A stretch of 64,000 bases of DNA, from the NCBI GenBank assembly GCA_963693365.1, contig CAVNZM010000008.1, positions 8,064,818-8,128,817 of the forward strand, given 5' to 3'. Both the position numbers and the translations under genes were made by a program. Positions 1 through 19,972 of this stretch are shown here, in pieces. The notes under the pieces were generated by a model. That model was not told where the DNA came from, did not search any database, and saw only the letters and a program-made list of their open reading frames with translations. Origin of the DNA: Amoebidium appalachense. Its lineage: Eukaryota; Protista; Ichthyosporea. Each line of letters begins with the position of its first letter. The stretch's first letter is position 1.

Positions 1-328
1 ATTGCCTATTTGCTTGCTTTGGCTGATATGGCCATCGTCTGGTATCCTACGTACCCTTTTAAGGCCATTACTCAATATGATATTTATTATCGATTCACCG
101 TTTTTACTGTCATCCTTTATAACAGTTAGTGTCGAGCAGTTGGAAAGAAGGGGGAAAGGGGGGAGGGGGGAGGGGGGGGGGGGGGGGAGGGGGGGACCGG
201 CACGGAAGGAGAGGAGGGGGGCCTTAGGAAGGCCCCATCTCCACAGAATCCCCCTCCCCCCCCCCCACTGTCCTTTCCCCCTTCTCCCCCTCCAACTGCC
301 AAATCTGAACACATACACTCACATACAA

Positions 329-364
<36 letters not shown>

Positions 365-464
365 TCCCCCCGGCCCTCCCCCTCCCCCTGCTGCTCCTCC
401 CGTCCCAAAAACCATAACACATCTACTCACACAACTTACCCCCCCCCCCCCCCCCTCCCCCCAG

Positions 465-6256
<5,792 letters not shown>

Positions 6257-8011
6257 GAGGAATTGCCTTATTTGGAACAGAACCGCCAGATCTGCGGCAC
6301 AGGCCATCTTTGGAAAAGCGATTTTAAGTTTGACAAATATTTACACGAATGAGGTTGAATAATTGATAATTTGGAATGTATTTCGTAAATCACGTTGAGT
6401 GATGCTGGCCCTGATTGAAAGTTTTGAGCATTTTGCGCATTGGGAGCCTCATGGAGGTGACATTTTGACCACTACCCTTTTAAGATTAAGTAGAGAGCCT
6501 TATTTCTATTTCAATCGACACCCCTTTCCTTTTTTGGTGGTAAGTTTTAGCCATGATTATTTCTTCTGCTCAATTTGGGTTGCCATGGCCATATTTGTGT
6601 ATTGCAACGCACGAAGGGAATTCTTAGGTGGGCCTCCCTTGACATTGTTGTCATTAGCATAGATGATTGGATTCGAATCATTTAGTTATGATCCGTTCCC
6701 GCCTAACACATATTTACTAACCGTTTTTGTTCTGTTTTATATAGCCGGAAATCTGCTGATTCTTATACTCCCAGTACAATCGCAGGAATTATTTGGCCCG
6801 CTTCTCTGTTCGATTATGGGTTGAAAATGCTTTTTTTTGTTGAACTTCCGTGTTTTTTTAGGTTGGACTTGTGGACACTTACTCGGATACTGGGCGTTCA
6901 GTTGTTTTATCGTGTGTGTTTAGTTTAGCCAGTAACATCCATTATAAAAGCATCATCAAGTTATGAATTAGCCTTATTGGAGAATGTACTATCCCAATAT
7001 TGGGTTCATTTCTTTCAGTTGTGTTCAATGAACTTCCGATTGGTTTTGGGCACACGTACATGTTCCACACACTGTAACCTTTCCAGGATTCCGAGCCTGT
7101 TAGGATATTGCCGTTTTATTCTGTCTCTTTTGTGTACTACGGTTTGGCCCTTCAGATCAGTGTTCCTCATTTTTTTTAACAGACTATTCTTCTTTTCTAT
7201 TTCTATTTAACCTTTTCTTAATTATTTTAACTTTGCTTTAGTTACTTGCCGTCTCTAGTATTCATACATTCCGGTGAACTGCTACAGTTCACCGACATGG
7301 TGTGTATACCGGGTATTACCGGGTCTTAGGAATTTACTCCAGTGGTACTCAGGTTGTACGAACCATCATAGAAGTTGATGTGGTGCACCCCCCCCCCCCC
7401 CCCCTCCCCCCGCCCCCCTCCCCCCCCTCCCCCCCCCCCCCCCCCCCAAGTTGAAAAACAAACACACAAAATGATAAAGGGTGCCTATTATCTGCAGGCT
7501 TGTTATGAGTGGGTAGGTCACCCATTGATCGGCTCGCACTGCAGGCTGACGATCTTCCACATACCTATCTCCCCGCTCCCCCCCCCCCCCCCCCCTCCCC
7601 CCCCCCTCCTCCCCCCCCCCTTCCCCCAGCCCCCCCCCCCCAATGCATGCGGCCTGAAAGGGATTTCAAGTTGCATGTATTTATCATGGTGTCCACACAA
7701 CTGCTCCGCCGTGGCCACCACCAGTGACCACCACCACCACCACCAAAAGGAAAAAGAACATGCATCGGGGCTGTGGGTCGAGGGGAGATATACTTACGTT
7801 CTACTGCCTGGATGAAGGGGGGAGAACTTAAAGGGTGGGGGGAGAGGGGAGAGGGGGGGGGGGGTTCTTCTTACCTGAATCCCCCCGTCCCCGCCTTCCA
7901 CTTCCCATGAAAGCCATATCATAGCGCCGGGACAGGTGTATTTTCTCCTCTCCTCCTCCCCCCAACAAGTAGGGTGCTAGGCAGCATTCCCTTCCTCCTT
8001 TCTCCGAATAT

Positions 8012-8043
<32 letters not shown>

Positions 8044-10243
8044 TTCCTCCTTCTCTCTTGTATGTCTTTTATATATTCGGGCCCAGGGTTCAGGCTGCCA
8101 CACCCCAAACCTACGTATACAATTTGTAGTCGTTTCAGTTTGGGGCACGTAACCCCCCCCCCCCCCCCTCCCCCCTTCCCCCCTCCCCCCTTCCCCCCCC
8201 CTCCCCCCCCTCCCCCCTCTCCCCCCCCCCCCCGCAGCCCCCGCCCCTTACCTCCCCCTTCCCCCCCCCCCCCCTCCCCCCTTCCCTCCCCCCCCCCCCC
8301 TCCCCTCCCCCCCTCCCCGCCTCCCCCCCCACCGTGGCACCCCCCACCCCCCCACCCCCCCCCCCCCCCCCCCAAAAAAAAAAAAAAGCCAGAGTAACTT
8401 GAAACCGCTGGCACCCACACCTTTTCCTAAATGCATGTTAGGGTACCATGTCATGAGCACATATCATTCCTCAACCTCTACAATTCATGTGTAACCCCCG
8501 CCCCCCCCCCCCCCCCCCCCCCCTCCCACCCCCTCTCCCCCAACCTCCGCTCCCTCAACCCCCCCACCCCTCCCCCTCCCCCCCCCCAAAAAAAAACACA
8601 CACACACAAATTTGTTAAGCACATGTGCATGATGTCAACGTCACAAGGTGTTGGTGTACACGTGAACTGTGCATGCGTTGGTGTATTTGAGGTGGGCATG
8701 CCTTCCTCCCCCCCCCCCCACCGTAACTAGTTTAATTCTAACTGTAGGGAAGCCACAGGGGTTCCCCTCCGAATCCCCCCCCCCCCCCTCCAGGGCCCCC
8801 CTTCCCCGTTATCTTATTTTCCCCCCAGCCTCGGTAGCCCCTATTTAGTTATCTTAATCTTCAGTTTTCAAAAAATCTAGTACTAATTATCTTATGGGCC
8901 GGGCGAATTATCTTGATCCTGAATGACCCCTGTAGGGGTAATGCACGTGCCGGAACTGTTCACCAAATGAAATGGAAACAGCTGAATTCATTAAGCCTTA
9001 GGCCCTAACACAACATTTTACCCCAGGCGGGCAAAAATGCAGTGTCATAGCTAGAATCTAGCCTGCAGCCAAGTGCATCATCTACTATCAATTTGGCACT
9101 GAGTGAAAATTTATATAAGTATCCGGGACAAGGACAGGGAAAGCAGAGACACAGTGGTGCAGTGTAAAAACACCACAGACACACGGGAGCAAGGAACAAA
9201 GGGAACCAGGGAGCGATCGGAGCAGTGTACACCATCATGTTTAGACACAACTGAACTGAATTCATTTCGATCTCGTATAAAAATATATATTCGAAAATCC
9301 CTAACTCAAATCTATCCATGATTTCCGACCAGTCGGAAATCAGATCTGTCTCTAAAAGAAACCAATCACTAAGAACTAATTGCTTTCAGAGAGATCCGGT
9401 ACGCGGATATGTGCATGATAGGGCACAGACACTAGCGAAGATCAACTCGTGTCAATAACGAGGAAACGAGGGAAGTGTGGTGCATAGTTCTAACCTGTGA
9501 GACACTGCAAAGACTCAGACACATCACACATGTCAACCTAAGTGCAGCCTAAGTGTGTAAGTTGCGCTCCAATCAACACATATTAAGTAACACAAATCTA
9601 CCTAACATATATTAGTGGAAAAGAAAGACGATTATACACATGAAAACGAAGGAGAGAAAGAAAAAAAAGAAAGAAGGAGAAAGAGAAAAGAGAAGAGAGC
9701 ATAGATCAACAAGATGTCAGTAGTATAACTATAACTAAAGATATTTATGTACACACGAACATGTACACGTCTCTCCCTGAGTGGGTGGATCCGTGTACAC
9801 ACATATTAATATTCTAATTGATATTTCAACACACGATTAGAGCCGATACAACACGATTACAAGTATACAAGCATATGAGAGATTGATGCCACACTTTACA
9901 TAATAGGAGTGTGACTTTTATACTAAGCACAATGAACTAAGACACAACACAAACTGAAAAGATCTTACATAATGTACTACAGGGCTACGTACTACAACAC
10001 TGAGTGCACATACTGACTCGGATACAACTGCGCTATTCTACTAATACATTTCTTTCACACTGCCAGTAGGAATACTTCGGAAATGGATCTAGAAAATCAC
10101 CAGCAATATTTTTCTTGTTTGGGACTCGTATATATATTTCTACCATTTCTCTATGAAAAAAGAAACGGGAAATAAAAAGGAAAAAATTTAGAAGACAAAA
10201 GAAATGAAAGACTAGGAAAAATGAAGGAGAAAATGTTAAAGCA

Positions 10244-10414
<171 letters not shown>

Positions 10415-10643
10415 GCACTTTATTAACAACCCTAGCAAGACTCGAACACAAACTCTGTCTACATGAACACCTAAAACTATGGACACTGTGACAACCATTA
10501 AGGTTGAGTGAGTGGAGTCATGTGGCCTGGTAACAATTCTCCGCGCGGGATGATGTGTGGGCCAACATGTGTTGCCATAATATTACTATAATATTATGTC
10601 TTAATAAATCACGGGTGGCCCGGATAATAATTGGCTCAGCACA

Positions 10644-11327
10644 TTACTCCTTCCGAAGGTCACGTTCAGCCTCGAGGTTTCTGATTTTCTCTAAAAGCTT
10701 GGCAATTAGAACATCTTTTTCCTGGTTTTGGATTTTAAGATTTTCTTTTTTCTCCTTCTCTCGTTTACGATACTCGCGAGAGTGATGATTTTTGCGAACG
10801 TCCCGGGGCTTCTTTGGCTCCCCCTTCTGAATGGAGCCCAAAGTTTCCGTCTTTTTCTTCGCATTGGTCTTTCGTATCACTGAATAACACTGGGCAGTGG
10901 CAATACCCGCAGTGGTCTTAAGAGACGCACGCCGCGATGGAAGCCTAATGTTTGGCTGTGCCACACACACAGCAGCCGCTGATGCAGCCTCTGCATTGGC
11001 TCTGTTGGGGCTATAGTATATAGATTGATGTGCCGTTAGTGAGCCATTCTTAAACAGCTGAGGACCCAGTCTACGGTGACACGCATCACACACACATACA
11101 CACACAATCTCTTTCTTTCTCTCTCTCACCTCTCTCTCAGTAGCATCATTGTACACGCAGAGATAAAAAAAAGAATGCCATGTGCACACACATGCAGCAC
11201 ACTTGCACTACTATTCAGGCAACACACACACACGCACAAGCACACCGCGGGCACACTGTCAGTTACAGTGGTGCGGACATGGACACTGAAACCCACTTGT
11301 ATGTGTGCGTGCGCGCGCGCGCGCGCG

Positions 11328-11421
<94 letters not shown>

Positions 11422-11918
11422 AACACATTGGCGCACAAGTAGCACAATCACTCGGTCCTCTGATGTGATCAACATTAGGCATGACTACTCCCAGGACACT
11501 TCAAGTTGGCAACTAGTACATGCATGTAGTACAAGAATACCGGAGTCTGATCATCGGAAAACTGCATGTGACAGCAAACATATTTCAGGCACAGAACACC
11601 TGGCCTGCCATCTTGAAGAATGTGTGTGATGTCAGGGAGAAAGTAAACAAATGAACGCTGAGAGACAACAGTGGTTGTCGCTAGGAGTGATCTGATGTCA
11701 TTCAACAAGAAGTTAGTACTCGTCGGACTTGGCCTTAAAGAAGAATTATGCTTTACGCACCCACAGGTACTAGGGAGAGTTGAGAATTCGTTACCGAGTG
11801 GAGTTTGCAATAATGACCGTGAATGGCACTATCGTGCGATAATTTTACTGAATTTCAAAGCATACACCAAGGATAGTATTCACTCTAACCAGGGGCCGTC
11901 CAAGAGAGTCTCGCCCCG

Positions 11919-11951
<33 letters not shown>

Positions 11952-12435
11952 TTGCGACTTAGACTCACATTATTAGAGCTCGAATCGGGCTGGCTCCAAG
12001 TTCCACAGAAGCGCCGACAAACTCTTTGGCAGCGGGCAGCACAGCATCTTTGGAATCAAAGATCAACGAAGGGGCAATTGTAAGGGAGGGGGACCGAACG
12101 ATGTTGTTAACCACCACAGGATGCATCGCGACAGGTGTGTTGGGAATGGGATTTTGATTGCCAAAGAACAACGGAATGGTTGTCCTCAATGATTGGTCAA
12201 TCTGGCAGGGTTGCCAACCCACAATTTGTGGCGGTGACGGCGGGATTTCGGACTCAAAAGCCTCAAGTGAACCAGTGTCAATGTAGCGCGGGCCGTGTGT
12301 GTCTCCACTTGGACAGGCTGAGAAGATGCCGATGTTTGGTGCTGCATTGTTGGTGTCACTGAAGCAGGCGGTGCTGAAAACACCTTCTTGAAGACTGTAG
12401 GAATTGGAGCGATCAGTACTCTGAACTGTTATCAT
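10644..12435 (-). CDS. Putative bZIP-like transcription factor (2 coding exons)
   Basis: Exon 12435-11969 (ATG ATA ACA...; donor AT|GTGAGT, phase 2) joins in frame to exon 11001-10644 (acceptor CCCCAACAG). The C-terminus KKPRDVRKNHHSREYRKREKEKKENLKIQNQEKDVLIAKLLEKIRNLEAERDLRKE is a basic region plus heptad coiled coil. A probable upstream exon lies at ~12857-12592. Confidence 0.5.
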
Positions 12436-12849
12436 TGTATGCCGGGCCAGGCAACCAACATCTTTTGGGGGTAAAGGAGGTGTGGATGGGGGTAGATGGG
12501 GGAGGGGGGGGGGGGAGGGGGGGGGGGGAAGAGGTGTTATGTATTTGTATTGCCCCCACAACACAGAGGAGGGGCACGGCGAAAATACACACTTGTTCTT
12601 GCACAGTAGTGGGGTGGTGTAAGCCACTGGCCTGGGGTGAAGGGCAGTGTAGGCTCACAGCTGAGCACTGAGGGAGGCCCTGGGTGAAGGGCAGGCAGCC
12701 CCGGGTGAAGGGCAGGAAGGAACCCTGGGTGAAGGGTAGTAATGGGGGTTGACGAAGCAGCCTGAGGTGATGGGCTGTCGACCTTAGGCCACAGGGGAGT
12801 CGTCACCGGAAGAAGTCTTGATGTGATCGAAAGCCGAGTGAGTGCAGTC

Positions 12850-12950
12850 TGACTGAATGGCGCCGGGAGTACGAGTTTATATACCCACTGAGGGTACTAG
12901 AATCGGCGCTGCCGATTGGTGGATCTCAGTTCTGCTGACACCCGATTGGC
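12850..12950 (-). promoter_or_regulatory. Putative Pol II core promoter of the bZIP-like gene
   Basis: On the - strand: two CCAAT boxes (~12944-12948, ~12915-12919), GGGTATATAAAC at ~12875-12886, and an Inr-like CATTCAGT about 25 nt downstream. Confidence 0.45.
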
Positions 12951-13698
12951 TGAGAGGTGTCGCAGTCTTGTTTGCCCCTTTTCCTGGGATAAACATAATG
13001 CCCCTGAATTTCACGTGATTGAATACTATGTGATGGGTGCATAGAGTTCCCCGTGGTCTTACTTACACAAGCATTCATGAAGCCCCCTGGGCCAATATAA
13101 GTGTTGAAATATCTTAGGCATTGACTTGTAATCGTCTTTGCCATTTTTCTCTTTCGTCTTGCCGCATGTTAGGTAGCTAAGCAAAAGTATAGTGGAGGGT
13201 CATGTTCTGTTGCCCTTCTCTCTTAGCCTGTTTGGGCCATAAAAGAAGGATTCCGATTGGCTGGCGTGTTCACATTGGAATGTAGAAATCTGCATTTCGT
13301 GTTCATTTAATGCAATCTCCGGACGCCCAGGGGCATACTATGGGGACGTTGACGAAAATTCCTGGGAGCGACGTACACTTTGGCACAGTTACATAACAAG
13401 AGGGGGGGGGGGGGTTGGTGGTGTCAAAGTTTGGTTTTGCACTGATCGACATTAACTTAACAGAAAACATGTTGCTAAAAAGTGTATATTTTTTGTTTTG
13501 CCATAGATTTTCCCTGTAATTCGATTTCTTACCATCCAATCCATGCCCTCACTCAGGCTCACAGGCACCATCGGATATCATTGATGGATATCAAATGGAT
13601 ATCCAACGAAAAATAACGAGGCACTGAGGCACCGCTAGTCTCGCATTCTTTTTCTAGCTCTATAGCAGTTTCAGAGGCCTTTTTCGCCAAAGTTTTTT

Positions 13699-13755
<57 letters not shown>

Positions 13756-15013
13756 AGGGGGGGGGGGAGGGGGGGGGGAGGGGACGGGGGAGGGGGGACG
13801 GGGGGAGGGGGACGAGGGGGAGGTGGATGTTCTCAGTAGTAGTGTTACTGGATGCTGCAAAGATTGTTTGCGTACCTATTTGACCAGTTGCGCAGGGTGT
13901 GTGGGGTCATAGGGTCATCCTTTTGAAGGCCGCCCTTTTCGCCACAACTGACAGCTGGCGTGAGTGTCTCATAATGGGAGTTTTCAGCACTATACAGGGA
14001 ATTCGTGCCATGATGTTCACGAATGGGACAGAAGAACTGGTTTCCAGGGATTGTTTGTTGTGTAGTGTAAACTGTGGTGGGAGACTCGCGTTGGTGTGCC
14101 TTGCCTGCTGCTCCCACCGCACGCGAGGGCAGGGCAGTCTTGGAGATTTGCGCATTCATTGGAAACATGATAAGCAGATCTAGAAAAAAGCAAAGCACAC
14201 CAGAGGCTTCTACAAACACCCACACAATTCTAAGCACAAAAGGTTAGTGTCATATATGTTTCAGAGTAACCCAGTTGGCAACTACTGCTTGGGGCCGCTG
14301 TCAGCCTTATAAAGTTTTATAGTCTAGGACAGAGAGATCCGCCAATTGCATCTCAAAATGCGGGCCGCAATGGAGTTTGGGTTACGCTGTCTGAAAAGCC
14401 TTTCCTTTTAATAGCCTAGTGAGTCTTGATATGGGTTCAAGCTTCTGAACGTTTCTGGAGTGTTTTCTGTCTCTCAGTGAGAAAAAGTTTTTTTCAAATG
14501 GTGTTGGGGCCGAATTCACCATGTGAGTCATTAGTTGCCCATGAACCACAGCAGTGCAGTTACGCAAACGGCCGCCAATCAGATTGTATGGGTGCATATT
14601 CCAGATGATCTGATTGGAGACTAATAACTGCTACGTTTGCGCGAATCACTCTCCGTAGCCTTTTCTAACTGGTCTTTTGCGCAAATTACCTTGCAGCGCG
14701 GATTTGCATTTGTCCCACATCATGTCATACGTATGGTGTGGCCTGACTGGAGCTCGCTCGAGTTGAGGGCGACTGCCAGTCGCATGTCCGAAGAAGTTCA
14801 ACCGTTTGAAACTGAAATTTATGCCGAAGTTCTGTTTCAAATACATTTTTGCGTCTACCATATCTTTTTTTGCAAATCTGCTTGGGTTGAGCTGATGAGC
14901 AAACGAACATCACTCAGGGTCACTTGCACCATAGTAGCACCTGCATCCGTCCGTCAGCATGCACGGGAGGATGCCCCAGGCGATCTGAAGCAGTGTTGAT
15001 ATGGGTGTTCGTG

Positions 15014-15610
<597 letters not shown>

Positions 15611-16832
15611 CGACATGCGTTTGTGTGGCACCGTATCATCCATTGGCGAAGAGCATTGATAATTTTGTGCACACACAACTGAAACTGGGGGTTTGCTTTC
15701 AACGACACCCATATTTATTTTAGCAATCATCTGATATACATTCAACGGCAGATGTAATTTGCCCACCCAAAACACAAAGCATATACATTACAGTTTAGGG
15801 TGATTCTACCGAGAGTGTGCCAGATCGGAAAATGCAAACACAAATATCAGAAGGGGCCAGCCCTCAGGAAATCAAGTGATGTTCTCTGTACAGAGTTCGA
15901 ATTCAGGGCAAAGATAAACACTTTCATGACGAAAGATAGGACATGTCAATACAGACAAGAGGATGCAGAACAAAGGAAAGTCAACAAAATATCAGTTGAA
16001 GAGTCAACAAAGTATCAACTTGAAAAGTCAACAAAACAGCAGTTGACAAGATTCTTAAACCGAACATAATGGAAGATTCGAAGTTCAAGAAAGTGCATCA
16101 GGGCCCACACGTCACCATAAAAAATCTTTTTTCAGCAGCAGAATCGCATCACATTCAATCAATCAAAGTCAAGTGCATAAATGTTCAAAACTATATACAA
16201 GCATCAGGTTCATTTGAGATTCATCATCGTTGTCGAGGCAAATTGACAATTTGATTCATTTTCTTCACCACCACGAACCCATTTGTTCTGTTCAAACTTT
16301 TCACCAGCACAACCTCAACGGCAACCCACCATACATCTAAGCATGTAGTAGTTGGGCCCATACAACCCATCAATTCGGTAACAATTGTCATAATCAATGA
16401 CCACCAAATGAATTTGATTTTTGGTAGGAACAAAAGATAAAGTGAAAGGAAACCGCAGCGTATATATGGGTAAGGTGGTACATAGTATATGGGATATGAA
16501 ATAAAGAAAAAACGAGCACTCCATGTACGTGTTGTACAGAATTCAAACAAAATGAGGTTTTGCCATTATATATTGGCTCTTCATAATGATTATGCAGGAA
16601 TGGATGCAGGTGGTGTGTGTGAATCTTATATGTGTGTGTCTGGGATGTTCAAGTTAAACTGGTAAAAAAAAGGTTCCCGTGTCGTGTCTGCCTCTGTGCA
16701 CCGTGTGTGCGTGTAGTTGTGGTCGTGTGGTGCCTTTCTATCTGAGTGTGTGCATGTGTATTTAATTAATAAGGACAATATGACGGTGTATATATTCTGT
16801 AAATATTTGAACGCAAGGGGAGGATTTCCAGT

Positions 16833-17035
16833 TTAGGGCCGGAGGGTGGTGAGGTGTGTGGGGGCCAGACCCTCCTCGTGTCTCTTCCACATAGTTTGGT
16901 AGGCTCTTTCCAGACTGCCGACTGTGTGGCGGGTGTTGAACAGGGGTGCCACCGTGCGCTGTGCAGATACCTGGAGGAGGAGGAATTATTTGGTTACGTG
17001 AGATTGTGTATGTGTGGACTGGGATTTGGGAAGGA

Positions 17036-17073
<38 letters not shown>

Positions 17074-17430
17074 GAATGCGTCAAAAAGTACGAAGTACAC
17101 AAGAACAAACGGATAACACGATACAGAATGCAAGCCATACATAAAGAGTATGCATAATAAGCAGAGCCCATCCTCAGGGGGGGCCCCACGTCATCCACAG
17201 TACCCGAGTTTCGACCTATTCACCTCGTTAACGAAACCCAACTCAGATACTGTTTCACTTGAACATGGGTAGGTCACCCGTCTTGATCAGAGACGAGCAG
17301 GGTTGCTTATGCAGGCAAGGGCAGTGGGAAAGGCCAAAAGTTAAAGTTGCAGCAGTAAGCAGAAGCAAGAAAATATAGATAGGAACTCAGGAGACGGGGC
17401 TTCTAGGAAGCTCCCCCGTCGCTACCTAAA

Positions 17431-17461
<31 letters not shown>

Positions 17462-17771
17462 GGAAGAGGGGGGAGAGTTAAAATACCGACACTGTAGCCT
17501 TGAACAGACGGGTGTTGTACATATCGGAGACTACAAGCCACTGGCCATCAGGTGACAGACCACTGCTCACTATGTTGCCCTTGGACTGTGCGTGTACGTG
17601 TACGTGTACTACAGACAAGAACGGGTGCAAACGTGAATACAGCCGGTACAAAAATGAACACGGTGTGTGCAGGTGTGGGGAAGGCATTGCAGCATGCTTT
17701 TCGTGTGGTTACGACATAGAGCATGTGTATTATGGGGCCGGGAAGAGGGGGGGAAAGGTGAGAGAGAGGTG

Positions 17772-17803
<32 letters not shown>

Positions 17804-17834
17804 CCCCTAGGGGCGTGCGCGAGTGTGTATGCGA

Positions 17835-17872
<38 letters not shown>

Positions 17873-18191
17873 TGGAGGGATGGGGGGGGGGGGGGAGGGG
17901 GAGAAGGCAGGGAAACTTGAAGGAGGTGGGGAGGGGAGAGGGGGGGATAGGGGGTGGGTGGGTGGGTGGGGGGGGGGGGGGGGGGAAGGAATAGGTGGTC
18001 GGAGTAGAAAGAAGAACCAAAAAGGTAGCTGATGTGGGGCGAGAGAAAGGGGGGGGGGGTTTGAATGCGGAACACGGTACAAAGTACATATACACGATGA
18101 GAAGCATGGTGCAGGACACATGCAAAGGCAAACATTCAAGTATGCAATATCAGCAATGCGCGCAGTGTGTCATAAGCAGAGCACATCCTCA

Positions 18192-18224
<33 letters not shown>

Positions 18225-18282
18225 TGGCACTGAAGACATCACGACAAAAAGCTTGCAAGAGGCCGATCCCCCTGGGATGGGG

Positions 18283-18316
<34 letters not shown>

Positions 18317-18527
18317 GGGGAGGGTTTCGGAGTGGGCACAGAGTACGAAGCACACAACACAACACAGATTTTGCTAAGCAGACACCGTATTAATCACAAC
18401 AGAGTTCATCCCCCCCCCCCAAAAAAAAAACCCCCTTTTGACGGGGGGCAGGGGGGGTAGAATTCTGCAGGAAAGGCCACACACATGCATCATAATAAGG
18501 AGAGAGGCGGGGAGGCGGGCGGGCGGG

Positions 18528-18560
<33 letters not shown>

Positions 18561-19924
18561 GATATTTCCAATACCTTTGCCTTGAGTGCAGCCAGATGTG
18601 TTGGGTTGTTCCCCAAGGCAACGGCCATGTCCTCATACTGCTGCATGGTGTCACACACCAACTCGGGCAGGCCAAGGGCACGGACAAGAGAGGCAGCAAC
18701 GCGAGAGGCAAAATGTGTGCGCGGGTGCGTGAGGAGGGGTGTACCTGTATGTGTAAGTGTGTGTTTATGTGTGAGTGTGTTTGAGTGGGTGGGCGTGGGT
18801 GTGATTGTGGTTGGGTGGGTGGGTTAGGTTGGGGGTGTTTGGGGGGAGGGGGGGGGAGGGGGGACAGTGTGTGTGTGTGTGTGTGTGTGTGGGGGGGGGG
18901 GGGGAGGGGGGGGGGGGGGGGGGGGAAGGGAGGGAGGGTTAGATTTGGGAAGTTGTAAAAAACACGGGAATTAGGGGGGGGGGGGGGGGGGGAGGGGGGA
19001 GGGTTTGGTGGTGAAAGAGAAAAGAATGGAGGAGTAAAGGGTCAGATATCGACATCAGGAGACTTGGAAATAATTAAAAAAAGGGGGTGGGTTGGGGGGG
19101 GGGGGGGGGGGGGGAGGGGGGGGGGGGGGGGTATGCATTACTGGATGACAATCATTACAGCCGCACATCCTTCCACATCCGGGGGGAGAAGGAGAAGGAT
19201 GGGGTGTGGGTGGGTGGGTGGGGGGGAGGGTGGGGGGGAGGGAGGGGGGGGGGGGGATATAACGCGTACCGGACCAGAGGATGTCTGTGCCTGTGGTGTG
19301 GGCGTTGCACAGGGGGGTGTCCAGAAATAGATCGGCCAGTATGCCCCGGTAGATGTGCTCCTCCTTGCTGGCTACAGGCGTGAAGTGAAGCTGCTCTTGA
19401 GGTACACCGTGCCGTGCTGCAACCTAAATATGGAAAAAGAATAAAAGGGTTAAGAATGCCTAAAAGCTCTCTAATAGTATTATTGTGAAACAACATACAT
19501 GCAAACGCGAGTATTTTTGAGGTACAACGTGCCGTGCTAAATATGGAAAAAAGAACAAAAGGGTTAAGGATGCATAAAAACTCTCTAATAGTATTATTGT
19601 GATACAAACACATGCGAATATGAATATTTTTGAGGTACACCGTGCCGTGCTGCAACCTAAATATGGAAAGAGAATAAAAGCGTTAAGTACGCATGCAGCT
19701 CTCAAATAGCATTATTGTGATACAACACACATGCGAATATGAATAGCGGGACCGGTGATGCAACCGAGGAATATTGGTGTGTATTCACTTGGTGCGGCTT
19801 GTCTGCAAGACTGACACATACAATTGTCCAGAGCTTGTCAGGAGGAAAAAGGACAAACGAAGGTGGTTAAAGAAGATGGGCAGACTACAAAGAAAACAAG
19901 GGACACGTTTTTTTTTTTTTTTTT

Positions 19925-19972
<48 letters not shown>

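Noticed and set aside
8742-8940. Possible small TIR element with repeated TTATCTT motifs
   Set aside because: The inverted match is only about 7 bp and no convincing TSD was found.
9319-9342. Perfect 11-bp hairpin (another 10-bp stem at 7272-7294)
   Set aside because: Isolated; no Helitron-type terminus, array or RNA-gene context.
13845-15000. Several 70-130 aa ORFs with coding-like composition
   Set aside because: No recognisable domain, and I could not build a consistent exon chain; possibly a decayed or lineage-specific gene.
17205-17300. Possible hammerhead ribozyme in the intronic repeat (CTGATCAAGAC...GTCGAAAC on -)
   Set aside because: The core is not CUGANGA, and the copy at 22615-22630 reads TTGATCAA; a simple palindrome explains it better.
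19397-19745. CRISPR-like array
   Set aside because: Whole-unit tandem duplication with no unique spacers, in a eukaryotic intron with no cas genes.
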